From Chrysomallon squamiferum (Eukaryota; Animalia; Mollusca): DNA of 64,000 bases. Position numbers and translations under genes: made by a program. The stretch covers positions 5,642,001 to 5,706,000 of the forward strand of contig CM022672.1 in assembly GCA_012295275.1 (NCBI GenBank), given 5' to 3'. This document shows positions 39,484-53,705 of the stretch, piece by piece. Under the pieces are notes generated by a model. The model did not search any database. It saw nothing but the letters and a program-made list of their open reading frames with translations, and had not been told where the DNA came from. Each line of letters opens with the position of its first letter. The stretch's first letter is position 1.

Positions 39484-40140
39484 ATTAGGTGTATGTGTAT
39501 GTGAGAATGTAACAGATAGAATAAGAAAGAGAGGTAAACAGAAGGACACAAGAAAGCGACTAACGGAAAAAAAAAAAAAAAAAGATACTAAATAAAGACC
39601 AACAAACACGTAGAATAACCGGACGAACTAAACGTTGTGTGGATGGAACGAAACAGCAGTGCAAGGCAGACAAAGAGACAAAGACTCGATTTCGCAATAA
39701 TTGCACTATAAATCTGTTTATCCCCGTGCAATAACGAGACTCACAGTGGCCTGTCGTGTAACAAATGTTAAAGTGTGCGACAGCCAACTCACTCACTCCC
39801 ACAGCGTAACACGATGTAAAATCGATACCGTCGCAAGTTCGTTAGCACAGGGCCTTTTTCAGCGAGAGAGCGGCCATCTCCTTCAATCTGCAGGGAAAAA
39901 CGCAGTAAATGCCAAGGTAATTTCCACAATCTTGTTTCACTACAAGTGAGTGGGAAGAAATGTTAGAATCCACGCGTGGTTAATAAAGGTCAGCATTGTG
40001 CAATGCTGCTTTATGAATGGAAATTTCCTTGTCTCATTAAAAGAAAAGATATTATTGTTGTTGTTGTTGTTATTGTTATTATTATTATTATTATTATCGT
40101 AATTATCATTATTATTATTATCATATTAAATTTTTTATCG

Positions 40141-40174
<34 letters not shown>

Positions 40175-40580
40175 TATCATTATTATCAATCTTATTATTA
40201 TTATTATTATCATTTATCATTATTATTATTTTTATTTTTTATTTTTTTTTTTTTTTATTTTTTCCCCAATCATCCACATAGCGGACCATCAATATTAAAA
40301 AAAAAGAAAAAAAGAGGATCAGATGAAGAAGAATCCGACTTGTTTATTCTCTTTTTCATCCTTTTGTTTTACAATCTATTAACAATAAATAAACAAATGA
40401 ATAAAAGTACTAAACCTAAATATGTGTTTATGTGTGTTTTTGTATTGATATATACACAAACACATAAACACACACTCACACACACACACACACACACACA
40501 GAGAGATAATTGTACATAGTTACATACATTAAATAAAAGAAATAAAAACTGATTAAATAATAATTTGACAAGTACTTAAG

Positions 40581-40620
<40 letters not shown>

Positions 40621-40999
40621 CACGTATTGCTTTTTAACTGTGTGATTATATAACAGATATCGGATATCGGTGATATTTCACAGAGCAGACAAGAACAGGA
40701 GCGGTTAATCAACAAGAATTAATATCTAATGACGTAACAGGAAAAATTAAGTCATACATACCAGCTTAGTTTCTTAAATGAGTGTAATAATAAATCTGGA
40801 TAGCTTCCAAATCAGTGAGTACTTCGGTATATTTATTTTTATTTTTTATTATCTGCAGTTCATTGAGGATGTTATAATTGTTATCATCATAATCTTCATC
40901 CCTATTATTTTGTTATTAATTTAATTTAGACCATCAATTAAAAAACGAGAAAAAAATGAGAGAAAAAAAAAAAAAAAACAACCAAGAACAACAATAATA

Positions 41000-41120
<121 letters not shown>

Positions 41121-41210
41121 TTGTTGTTGTTCTTGTTGCTTTAGTTATTGTGATTCAGTATTTCGTTGTTATTGTAGCACTAATTTCACTCTAATTTGTC
41201 AAGTTCTCCT

Positions 41211-41347
41211 CGGTATTTGGGTGGGGGTGGAAGTGCTTCTTCCTCCCACCCCTACTTGACACATATCAAGCAAAAATAGCAGCAAAAGTTTTGACATTTT
41301 GCCTGAGGTGGGTACAGCTTGCAAAACATACGACCTAATTACTGACA
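41211..41347 (+). repeat. Dispersed repeat copy B (pairs with 38661-38795)
   Basis: See copy A. Confidence 0.75.
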
Positions 41348-41394
41348 CATTGGTACTATTCTACTTTGACCTTGACCGCATTATCTGACAATTA

Positions 41395-41436
<42 letters not shown>

Positions 41437-41439
41437 TAA

Positions 41440-41470
<31 letters not shown>

Positions 41471-42394
41471 ACGACTTATTAAATGTTGATAACAATATAA
41501 ATGAGAAGACAAAATGTCTTACTAAAATTTTGGGTAAGCACTCCTTTCACTTAAAAATAACAATGTCATGTTTCTTAAAAAAAAAAAAAAAAATTACATA
41601 TTTTTAGAATAATTATTTCTGTTTTTAGCTTTTTTTCCCCTTCTGGATGTTGTTCGCAGCCTAAAGACAATCCTGCAGCAACAGAGAGAGAAAAAAAATG
41701 AACCCAAAAATCAAACTGATTTCACCCAGATAAAACAGAAACGTTTAGCTGACAGCCACGTCGCCCCCGAAACAACTTCACGTGTCGACCAAGATGAAAA
41801 TCACCCATCTGCTATACCACTGAGCATTATTAGTTATTTCTTACAGAAATTACTCCCACAAATTATGGAAGACATTATTTCTATTTTAATATACGAGCAA
41901 AGGGTTATTTTTATTATTATCATTATAATTTTTTATTTTTATTTTTTTAATTTTTTTTTTTTCCACGATTTTGACATTTCAACATATATACGAGTCCCGG
42001 CCTCTTAACTACAATTGTAACAGGAAGTAGATTTTTTTGCTGCGGGGCTGCTATTGTTTACAAAAGTATAGTGCAGGAATCTTGGGTTTTGTTAAAATGC
42101 TTATTTTAAAAAAAAAAAAAAAAAAAAAACGTTAAAAAGACGAAAAGATAAATAAATTGATGTATATCGTATGTGATTTTGTTTTCTAATTGTAAAGCAA
42201 AATATTAAACACCAAAACGTGGATCATTTGTTTCTGGCCCAGTTCAAGTTATTTTTGAAGAAAAATAATAACAATAATAATAAAATGAAATAAACGAGAA
42301 CAAAAATAATCTCTCTTTATCTTTCATTAATATTTATTGACCATTCGTGATAGAATAAGACATTTAAATGTAACCACACATCTCTCCGTTCTGA

Positions 42395-42822
42395 AACGAG
42401 ACATGATACTTAAAATAGCTGTGTAACGAGACATCACATTGTTACAGTTAGCTGTGTAACGAGACATCACGTTGTTACAGTTAGCTGTGTAACGAGACAT
42501 CACATTGTTAGCTGTGTAACGAGACATCACGTTGTTACAGTTAGCTGTGTAACGAGACATCACGTTGTTACAGTTAAGTATGTAACGAGACATCACATTG
42601 TTACAGTTAGCTGTGTAACGAGACATCACATTGTTACGAGACATCACGTTGTTACAGTTAGCTGTGTAACGAGACATCACGTTGTTACAGTTAAGTATGT
42701 AACGAGACATCACATTGTTACAGTTAGCTGTGTAACGAGACATCACGTTGTTACAGTTAGCTATGTAACGAGACATCACATTGTTACAGTTAGCTGTGTA
42801 ACGAGACATCACATTGTTATAG
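42395..42822. repeat. 33-bp minisatellite, about 13 copies (gtgtaacgagacatcac[a/g]ttgttacagttagct)
   Basis: Direct tandem copies, with one 27-bp and one 18-bp deletion variant. Confidence 0.97.
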
Positions 42823-43038
42823 TTAATATTCTACGTAGCATCTTGCAGCTCGCTCTGTAATGAAAAAAAAAAAAATAAAAAAAAAAAAATTCAAATTCCA
42901 AAACAGAATTAAAAACATACTATCAGATTTCAATTTTAAACTAATAAACGTATTTCATTTTAACGCTTATGCATAATACATTAGCAGACATGTAAGTCAT
43001 AAAACGAAACATTTGAATGATATATGCAAACAAATGAC

Positions 43039-43075
<37 letters not shown>

Positions 43076-43717
43076 TACGCACGCATATATTTATACATAC
43101 ATATATATCTATATATATATATATATATATTTATGAGTGTGTGTGTGTGTGTGTGTGAAAAAGTATGTGTATATGATTACGGATATTTTTGTATTTATAA
43201 AATCATTCATGTTCTAGTATGCAGATATCTTCCTCTCAGTGAAAATATTTTACTTTCGAAAATAACTGGTAATATTTGAAATTTGTTGTCCGTAATGTCG
43301 CTACGTAATCGACATGTTTTCAATTCGAAAACTGCTTTATTTTTATTCTTGCGTGTGTAATGGTTTCCTCTACGAGTTAATGAAACTGTTTTCCTTGTTT
43401 GTTTTAAACCATTTTACCCCCGAAGACTCGCTGAATGAGCTGTTGGACACGGGGAACTGAGGTGTATTTCACAGAAATGGGGTAAGGACATTAAAACGAA
43501 TGAATGCAAAAAATTAAATAATGATAAAATGAATTCCGTTTACGACGTAAATAACGTAAAGAATAATGTAACGCAATATCTTTATTTCCTGTTGTTAAGT
43601 TTTTACAACCCACGATTCATTCTCCAGCTTCGATCACCGTTTACATTTGTCATCTTGTTTTTTTGTTTTCTTCATTATATCAGTGACAACCTTTATCAAC
43701 GTAAAGCAAACAGGTCA

Positions 43718-43722
<5 letters not shown>

Positions 43723-43810
<88 letters not shown>
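43723..43810. repeat. (CT)n microsatellite
   Basis: Seen directly. Confidence 0.95.
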
Positions 43811-43812
<2 letters not shown>

Positions 43813-44314
43813 ACCAGTGACAAATTAGCCAGACACATATTTAAAGCACACAAACAGCCTGTCAGTCAGTCTGCCTATCTGTTTATCAGTCTCTGTCTGT
43901 TACACGCTGACCCTGGTGTTACAAATAAGTACGCTTCTGTTTGTTTATGCAGTGTGCATGTTACATGGTCATGTTTAATAATGATTACATGTTTACAATA
44001 ATTAATGCACCACCTGCGTCAGAAGGAGGATCAAAGGGGAGTCCACACGGAGACATGATTTTTTTTTTCGGTACGTAATAACTTGATGGTTAGGTTATAA
44101 GCGCTTATATATATATAAATTAAAAGTCGTATTTTACACACGCACACACCCATATATATATATATATATATAAAAAAAAAAAAAAAAAAATGTTGTCACT
44201 GTAAAATTTGACAAATACTAGATATACAAAATTAAACCAACACAGGTGTAAGTATTAACTGTTTGCAATTTAATAGTTACAAATAGTTATATCATTTTAT
44301 ACTTATTTATTTAT

Positions 44315-44345
<31 letters not shown>

Positions 44346-44538
44346 GCACACAACAGTATTACTGTTTATTAATGTTTAATAATTTAATACACAGTGCGTT
44401 TGTTTTATATATCTACACATAGTTATTAACATTATATATTTATATATATAGACAACAAGATACAGTTATTAGTATATAAACGCATATATACGAATTAAAA
44501 TGAAACTATCTATCAGTCTACCTAGCTAACTCTATATC

Positions 44539-44571
<33 letters not shown>

Positions 44572-44872
44572 ACATACATGATGTTATTATTATTATTATT
44601 ATGTTTTATTGTACACAACAGTACGCATTTATTACCGTTTTAAATATATTACACGTTTTGTCAATTCAGCACAACAACAATACATAATCACTGACATTTT
44701 TAGTTACCATGTAATGTACAGTTCATTGTCGCATTCAGTAAACAAATTGATGTCACATTTTCAACAAAAAAAAAAAAAAAAAAAAATCAGAAACGTGTGG
44801 GAAGATGCTGTAGGTGTACAGTGTGGGTGGAGAAAGTAAATTTTAATGAAAAACAATTTTTGTTTTATTACT

Positions 44873-44907
<35 letters not shown>

Positions 44908-45464
44908 GTATATATTTTTAATGGCATTTTGTTGATTTTTATTTCGCAAAATTTAAATAAGAAAAGAAAAAAGAAGAAGAAGAAGAAGAAAAAACAACAA
45001 CACAACAACGACAACAACAACAACAAGAACAACTTGTTACCTGAGACGAATTCCTGTTCATTCACTGGTACCATGGTTACAAATTGCTGGTTAAATAATC
45101 CTGCCATGCAGGTGAACAGTTGCAGGTATTCTGTGATAGATGAGCCACAAAAAAAAAAAAAAAAAAAAAAAAAAATGAAACAAAATACCCTGCTGTTATC
45201 CACCCGTGCACGCACTGTCAGTGAATCTGAGAGGCTGGCTTAGTGAACATGTCGTGTGGACTCGATTACTGCCATTAAGTGCACAATTTCATTTGTTCGT
45301 TTTTTTTCTCCTTCTTCTTCTTTTTTTTTAATTTTTTTTTTTTTCCGAGTTATTTTGTAAAAAAAAAAATATGTGGAAAGAAAGAGACAATTAAAGGATT
45401 AAGATGATTAAGAAACGCTGAATTTTAAAGATGAAATGAACGAGAATAAAATGAAGTGTAAAGA

Positions 45465-45466
<2 letters not shown>

Positions 45467-45554
<88 letters not shown>
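45467..45554. repeat. (GA)n microsatellite
   Basis: Seen directly. Confidence 0.95.
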
Positions 45555-45559
<5 letters not shown>

Positions 45560-46086
45560 GAGACACAGAGACAGAGGACGCGAGTAATATTTTCTTTTTT
45601 TTCTGAAAATCCTTTCTAAAACATCTGTGTTAAATTCAGAGGTTTATTTAAGTGCAAAACAAGGTGCTAAAAACGAAAAGATATAGTACCAACAATAACA
45701 ACAATAAAAATAACTAATAACTACAACAACAATAACGTCTACGATAACAATAACAACAGTAATAACAAAAACGATAATGATAGTAATAGTAGTACTAATG
45801 ATAATGATGATGATGATGATAATTCTCACACGCTGTTGTGCAGCTTATTAAATATCAATATCTGGTGTGCTGATCTGACACTTTCTAAGTCTTATTGATT
45901 TTGTTTTTCCGTTTTCATAGAAATCGCCAGTCAGTTTTACACACTCGCACATATATATATATATAACAAACTACTTATCTAAATACATATATATATATAC
46001 TTACAAACATGCACATACCACCCAAATACACTGACATAACCATACCTTCAAATGCACACACGTACAAACAAAAATGCGCATGACAC

Positions 46087-46149
<63 letters not shown>

Positions 46150-46298
46150 TACATATATTCATACATCCATACACACACACACACACTTACATGAACATAT
46201 GTTTACATTACAGCAAACAAGAATAACAGACAAAATACATTGTTTCTTTAATAAAAGATAATTGATCGATGTCAGTGACTTGCTCGAAAAGGCGGAGT

Positions 46299-46352
<54 letters not shown>

Positions 46353-46359
46353 ACACAGT

Positions 46360-46982
46360 TTTCACCCACTCACAGAAAACAGCGCGACAGCCGGCTGCTG
46401 TTCATTCATTCAGTCGAAAGACACCCACGTCCCTTTTCATCCTCCCCCTCGAAAACTCGTAATGTACGAAGGATTGGCACTATATAAAAAAAAAAAAAAA
46501 AATGAAAAAAAAAAAAATAAAAAATGTACTACACAAACACCTACAGATAATTTACAAATAAAATGGATTCAAGTGTTTTAAAATGTTTCTGTAGTGAGTA
46601 GGTCTATGTGGCATACATTTTTAGGCGTTGCTGGATTGTGAAATGTATTTTTTGTCATGCATATCAGTATGGAGGGGGGGTTAGTGGTACCTCCTTCTTT
46701 TTCTCTACGTCTCTGTGTGTGTGTGTGTGTGTATGTGTGTGAGTGTGTTTGGAGGTGGGTGTAACTTCATCGCACACGACCGTACATCTCAACTTTGTGT
46801 GAATTTGTCTTGCTGGTAACGTAGTATCAGGCTGCAAAGTTAGTCAGTGGATTGTTACTAAATAATAAATGTATTACAACACTAATATATCTGCTTTGTT
46901 CAAACATACTTTCATTTCAAACACTGTGGATTTATGAAACACTCGGAAAATTGTGACAAACTTTGGGAGTATCAATTTGAAG
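46360..46982 (+). promoter_or_regulatory. Candidate TSS and first exon of a plus-strand gene
   Basis: Initiator-like TCATTCATTCAGTCG (about 46402-46416) in a CpG-rich patch; strong donor AG|GTAAGA at 46982/46983; CpG-poorer sequence downstream. Confidence 0.3.
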
Positions 46983-47159
46983 GTAAGAAACGTTTTTTAT
47001 TATTATTATTATTATTATTTTTTAAAATTATTTTCCTTTATTAAACAAATTACATATAAAACATGCATTGTCGACCATTGTATTTTTTTATGTCTACATT
47101 ATCATGCATAATATTATGCATGTATTTTGATGTTATCTATGTTTTCTAATTTACTGCAC

Positions 47160-48134
47160 ATTTACAGGTATTCTAATAGAGTATATTTCAGTATGACCTG
47201 TTTGTTGTAATATACAACAGGTATCACATAGGTATTTTAATATTACCTGTGTATTATGTAACATTTTGGTTATTGCAGAGATGTTTTAACATTAGCTTTA
47301 TGTTGTTATTTACTAAAGGTACAATACAGATATTTTAATATTACCAATATATTGTTAAACTAGATATGTATTATAAACCTACATATATTTAATAGGTATT
47401 TCAATATTACCTGAGTATTATAATGTACTACATATATATCTTACAGGTATTTTAATATTAACTGAGTATTATAATATACTACATATTTATCTTACAGGTA
47501 TTTTAATATTAACTGAGTATTATAATGAACTACATATATGTCTCACAGGAATTTTAATGTTACCTGTGTATTATAATGTACTACATATATATCTGACAGG
47601 TATTTTAATATTACCTGTATATTATAATGTACTACATATATATCTTACAGGTATTTTAATATTACCTGTATATTATAATGTACTAGATATATATCTTACA
47701 GGTATTTTAATATTACCTGTATATTATAATGTATATATATATCTAGATATATATCTGAGCATTATAATGTACTAGATATATATCTGACAGGTATTTTAAT
47801 ATTACCTGTATATTATAATGTACTATATATATATCTTACAGGTATTTTAATATTACCTGTATATTATAATGTACTACATAAATATCTTAGTTATTTTAAT
47901 ATTACCTGAGTATTATAATATACTACATATTTATCCTACAGGTATTTTAATATTACCTATGTATTATACTAGATATATATCTCACAGGTATTTTAAAATT
48001 ACCTGTGTATTTGTATTATAATGTATTATATATATTTCTTACAGGTATTTTAATATTACCTGATGGTTATAATGTACAACATTTTTTTTACAGGTAATTT
48101 AATATATCTTATTATATTGTGTATCATAAGTTTT

Positions 48135-48165
<31 letters not shown>

Positions 48166-48210
48166 TACATTATAATTTAATATTACCTCTGTATTGTAAT
48201 GTACTATATA
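47160..48210. repeat. 51-bp AT-rich minisatellite (acaggtattttaatattacctgtatattataatgtactacatatatatctt), homogeneous core about 47390-48100
   Basis: Repeat seen directly; 17-aa periodicity in the ORF at 47557. Confidence 0.95.
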
Positions 48211-49551
48211 AACAAACAACAGTTACTGCTAGAGCACGCAATCTTATAAATTATTATTATTATTACATTATTATTTTTTAAAATCATTATAATTATAATG
48301 TTTACATTTCCAGTTTTGATATTTTAGCTTAATAAATAAAAAGATTGATATGCAGACATGCAGTCACACAAATAAAAAGATATTTGATTGAATAGACTAA
48401 CAGACATATGGAAAAACAGAGGCAGAAAGACAAAGTAAATAAAGAGATAAACAAATAAATGAAATGAAATAAATAAATAAATAAATAACATAAATAACAT
48501 AAATAACATAAATAAATAAATAAAATTCAGAATGAAAAATATGGTATTTCTTGTCAGTTCTAATTTTAATACTTATTTAAAACAGCAAAATCACAAAAAG
48601 GTCTGAAGAATAAATATTGATAATAATATTTTTCTTCTGTCAAGTCAAGTCAGCTCAAATAATTTTTTCCGACAACAGAAGAATTATTAATTTATTTTTC
48701 AACTATAACTGCTTTAGCTTACCTGTAATATAGCAATAAAAATTCTTTTGTCTTTCCACAAAAAAGGATATTTCATTGTATTCCTCCCAGAGAAGTAATT
48801 AAAATAATTTAAAAATAGTAACTTTCATTACTGACTGATGTCGAGAAAGTAGCATACAGAAATAACAAAGAGATGAAAGTAAACCGTAATGATGAAGCCA
48901 TTTTTATATTTAAACTATCTAGAACAATGTGATTAAAATGGAACCATTTATGTTTTAAAGTGCTTTTAAAAAGTAGATTTCGTTTATAAAATATCCAGTA
49001 GTACTGCAGAGGAATAGGTTAGATCAGTATTTAATATCTCCCATTCTAACAAATGGCTTATATCAAAAGTTACATGCGACTTCTCGACTATGGAAATGTT
49101 AATAAAATAAAAATATGTTGCCGCTAATTTAAACATATATAAATATAACATACACAGACACACAAACAGACAAACAGACACATACATACACACATACATA
49201 CACATATACACACACATTAAACACAAACGTGGATGAACAGATATATATATATATATATATACACTGACACACAGACAGATATACAGACAGACAAGATAGG
49301 GAGAGAAATACAGACAAACAAACAGATGAATAAACAGACACAGAGAGATGTACAGACAGACAGACAGACTGACAGATGTGTGTGCACATTCACAAACACA
49401 TATTTATTGACAGACACTGAAAGACATGACTGCAGTGAGTTTATACTGCATTCAACTTGAGTGAAGACAGCTGTGGTATGATATTGATTTTAAACAAATT
49501 ACATCTTTATATAACCAATCACCTGATACAGAGCTTCTGACAGGAAATCAC

Positions 49552-49582
49552 TCGGTAGTCCAGTGGTTAGAGCACTCACATC
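49552..49582 (+). mobile_element. Isolated SINE head (tRNA A-box-like)
   Basis: ggtagtccagtggttagagcact, near-identical to the head at 51308. Confidence 0.35.
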
Positions 49583-50228
49583 TTAACTCTGATCAGACAT
49601 TCACAGACACACACAAACACACACACACACACACACACATATAGGCTGATATATATTTAGATATATAGATACAGATATAGATGTAGTTATAGGTACATAT
49701 AAACATAAATAATTAGGCATGGGCATGGAAAGATATAGATACATACATACATCTGTAAATAAATTTCCTGTTCATAACACAGTACATGCATGCATGCACG
49801 TGTGCACATACATGCACACAAAGTGAAATCTTAATCCTATTTTCCACATGAAAAAAAGCCGTGCATCAAACCAGTGCAGATGTAAGATGATATTAAAATT
49901 GTCTTCCTGTTTGTGTTAGGGTATCTTATTTATGTCAATGAGGAATTTTAATCAAGACATTTCCGAAGCAAATTTCACACACTGATTTTCAGATAAAATC
50001 ATAAATCAAGAGATTACGAAGTCCGTGAAAGGTTAATTTATTTTCAGTATATTTTCAGCTGAATTTGTGTTATGAAAAGGTGTCATGCTTCAGGTATATT
50101 AACCTTTTTGAACCAGTATAATGTGTGTCCTGAGAGATAACTCTAATTGCACAAGAAAAAAAAAAAATAAATGTTAACAAAAAAAAGGATGACAAAATTT
50201 GATTTAGTGATTTTTAAAATGTCTTCTT

Positions 50229-50259
<31 letters not shown>

Positions 50260-50376
50260 TTATAACAGGTTGAGAATCCTTCATCTGAAATACATGGAGT
50301 TTAAGATTTGATATTTTATCATAATTATTTTATTGATTTCTAATTTAATGTGCATGTGTGTGTGCATGTGTGCATG

Positions 50377-50413
<37 letters not shown>

Positions 50414-50963
50414 AGAGAGGGTGGTTGTTTATATTATTTCATAATACATTAATGACACATATTTCATTTTTGATTTTCATTATTTCACACATTTCATGAA
50501 TAAATGAATACATGTAGCAATTCTTTTGTAATTTGTTATTAAAATAATTTATGTTTGGCTTTTAAATTTAATGTAAAATTTTCAAAACATTGGGAGTCAG
50601 TTTCATACTGCTTTCTTAGTTATCATCTATTTCATCTTCATCATCATCATCAGCAACATTTTTATTTGAATTATCACAAGTATAATCATTCTCATTACTG
50701 TCATTATAATCATCAAAATAATAATCTTTCATTTTAATAAATATGTACGGTACATAATCTTTATAGTATTCTTTTTCTCTAATATATTTTTAAAAAATTC
50801 ATTATTACTGGTCATCATCAATATCATGATGATGATGATCATCATAATCATCACTAAACAAGCATCATTATTTCAGCAGTTTTAATAGGCTCCATCATTT
50901 GTTTGAGTGGTCATATATCACTTTTCATCATCATCATCATCATATTATTATTACAAATACCCC

Positions 50964-51013
<50 letters not shown>

Positions 51014-51304
51014 TCAACAACAGCAACAACAACAATAATAATAGCAATATTAATGATAATAAAATGTTAATAACAGCAACAATAATAATAATGATAATGA
51101 TAATGTAATAATAATGATAGCAACAACAACAATAAAAAAACAGCATTAATAAGATAATGATGATGATGATAATGATAATCATTTGTTAGTATAATTTGAC
51201 AAAATGATCATCAAAATGTAAATAAAATGCCTGTAAACATTAACATAAAGACTTGAGATTATGGATGTAGTCTGCAGGCATTCTGTCTTAGTATGGGGGG
51301 ATTA

Positions 51305-51830
51305 TGGGTAGTCCACTGGTTAGAACGACTGTGTGAGATGTGATCAATGTGTCAGAAGTGCTGTTTCCTATTCCAACCAGTGTTCCATGTCTGCTGGTTT
51401 GAATTTTCCTGTCTATGGGAAGATGCATACAAAAGATTTGTTGCCACATGTACCTACTTTTCTATATAAAAAGAACTCTTGCAGTTTTCTCCTGTCTATC
51501 AGAATGTGCATAAAAAGAACATTTGCTGTGTGTGCTACTGCATCTATGGAAATTTAGATCTATATAAAAGAACCCTCGATGTATGTGTTTTCCTTTTATG
51601 GTGTGGTGCATATGAAATAATCCTTGATTTTTGTGCTTTCCTGACCATGTTAAAAGAACCCTTGACGCATAAGTATTTTCCTGCTTGTTAGAGGATATAT
51701 AATATGTATAATATATGTGTGTGCCTGTGTGTGTATATGTACGTGAATCTTTTATATATATATATATATATAAGAGATTCTTTGCAGTTAAGAGTAGACC
51801 TTGTAATGGTAGCAAAACATTTCTTTTGTT
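51305..51830 (+). mobile_element. Degenerate tRNA-derived SINE with repeated core fragments
   Basis: A-box-like head ggtagtccactggttagaacg; ccagtgttccatg; cctgtctatgggaagatgcatacaaaagat; further partial gtgcatat/aaaagaaccct units; aagagtagacct. Confidence 0.6.
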
Positions 51831-52082
51831 TTCATATCCTCAGTATATGAAGAGAACCAAAGCTAGTAACAATGTGTTTTCAGTCTGGGGAGTGGCTGCG
51901 AAGATGACAGTGACCTCTTGACGCCCACCACCCAAGTTTTCTGTCCCTGCAGTCTTATTACACAGCATCTCAAACAAAAATAGCAGCAGATTACTTTCAC
52001 ATCTCTTTGTCCTCTTTCAAAATTAGCCATGTTTAATAGACTGGTGTTATTGATTTTCTCTCTCTCTTGCTGTTTTTAGAAA

Positions 52083-52134
<52 letters not shown>

Positions 52135-52969
52135 TTATCTTTGTTCATCCTATTCTTTTCTTTGTTTCTTATTGTTGTTTTTTTTCTATTATTTTATTAT
52201 TATACATTTTTTGAAAATTTATTGTTTCTTAAAAGTCTCTTTTTGGTTGGAGAAATTAATTCCGTTATACTGTGACAAATGCAATGTGAAAAAAAGCAGA
52301 AGACATAAAACACGATGTTTGTTAATGTTAACACAATTATTAATGTGTTTGTGAAACACCAACACAAAAAAAAAAAATAAAGAAAAAAGAAAAAAAGATG
52401 AAGCCTTTTTTTTTTTGCAAAGGTCATTGACTGAATTATATAGGCTAACAGAAATGTGAAAATACAAATGAACAATGACAACAACAACTAAATCTTGTTA
52501 TATTGGGAACATTTTGAAATCTTTTTAAAAGGTTGATCTTATTTTGAAAATCTTTATCACTGTTTTTTTTTAAGTAGCAATCCATTATTGCTTATAACAA
52601 ATGTTATTATTTTTGTTAAAATATTATTTTTATTATTAGTCACCAATATGGTGGGTTTTTTAAAATTGTTTTTTGTTTTGCTGTTGTTATAATAATGATG
52701 ATGATGATGATGATGATGATGATAATCAGTTCTGCTACAACTGTTGCCTTCAAGTACTACTACTGCTATTTTAGGAATATCTAGCATATACCTACCATCT
52801 GAATAATATTTTTAATAGTAATATATTTCTGGTTTTTTTTTATATATATATATATATATTATTATATTTTAACAACTTATACTATGATAACCACACTACT
52901 GTTTGATACTAAAAATATTTTCCATTATTACCATGTACTGTTAAAAGAAAACATGACACAGTATTACCA

Positions 52970-53705
52970 ATACTATTCTTACCACTGCTTTATTTTACTA
53001 ATAATACTGCTACTACAACAACTAATACTATTACTAATACTAATATAACTACTGCTGCTACTTGTGATGGAACTGCTACTGCTACTACTACTACTACTAC
53101 TACTACTGCTACTACATTTATTATGAGTATACTACTATTGATACTGTTGGTAATATTACCATTACTACCACAACAACCACTACTACAATTTTATAATTAC
53201 AATAAATGTACTACTGCTACTACAATTACAATAATTACAAATATAACTACTGCTATTACTACTACAAGTACTATTACTATCACTGTTATTACTACAAGTA
53301 CTATTACTACCACTATTACTACTATAAGTACTATTACTACTGCTGCTACTACTACTATTACTCCTATTACTACTACTATTAATACTAGTATTACTACTGC
53401 TACTAGTACTACTATTACTACTAGTATTACTATTACTACTAGTAGTACTACTGCTGTGACTACTACTACTAGTATTACTACTGCTATGACTATTACTACT
53501 AGTATTACTACTGCTATTACTATTACTACTAGTATTGCTACTGCTATGACTATGGCTAATATAAGTAATGCTACAATGAGTTATGTATGTAAATGAAAAC
53601 AGCTGATACCAATACTTGAAGAACCTCTACTACTACTACTACTACTACTACTTCTTCCACTACCACAGCTCCTCCTGTAAGTACTACTACTGCAATTACT
53701 ACTTA
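52970..53705. repeat. Degenerate (ACT/ATT/AGT/GCT)n trinucleotide tract
   Basis: Seen directly; produces the Thr-rich ORF 53123-53596. Confidence 0.85.

Noticed and set aside
42395-42822. CRISPR-like array (33-bp palindromic repeats)
   Set aside because: Units are head-to-tail with no unique spacers, there are no cas genes, and the context is eukaryotic; this is a minisatellite
50266-50310. Tigger-like TIR word CAGGTTGAGAATCCTTCATCTGAAAT
   Set aside because: Too short, no adjacent TA and no partner TIR found; cannot be supported as an element
53123-53596. 157-aa Thr-rich mucin-like ORF with a hydrophobic N-terminus
   Set aside because: Lies wholly within a degenerate ACT/ATT trinucleotide tract that extends beyond the ORF; nearly all codons end in T; no splice context
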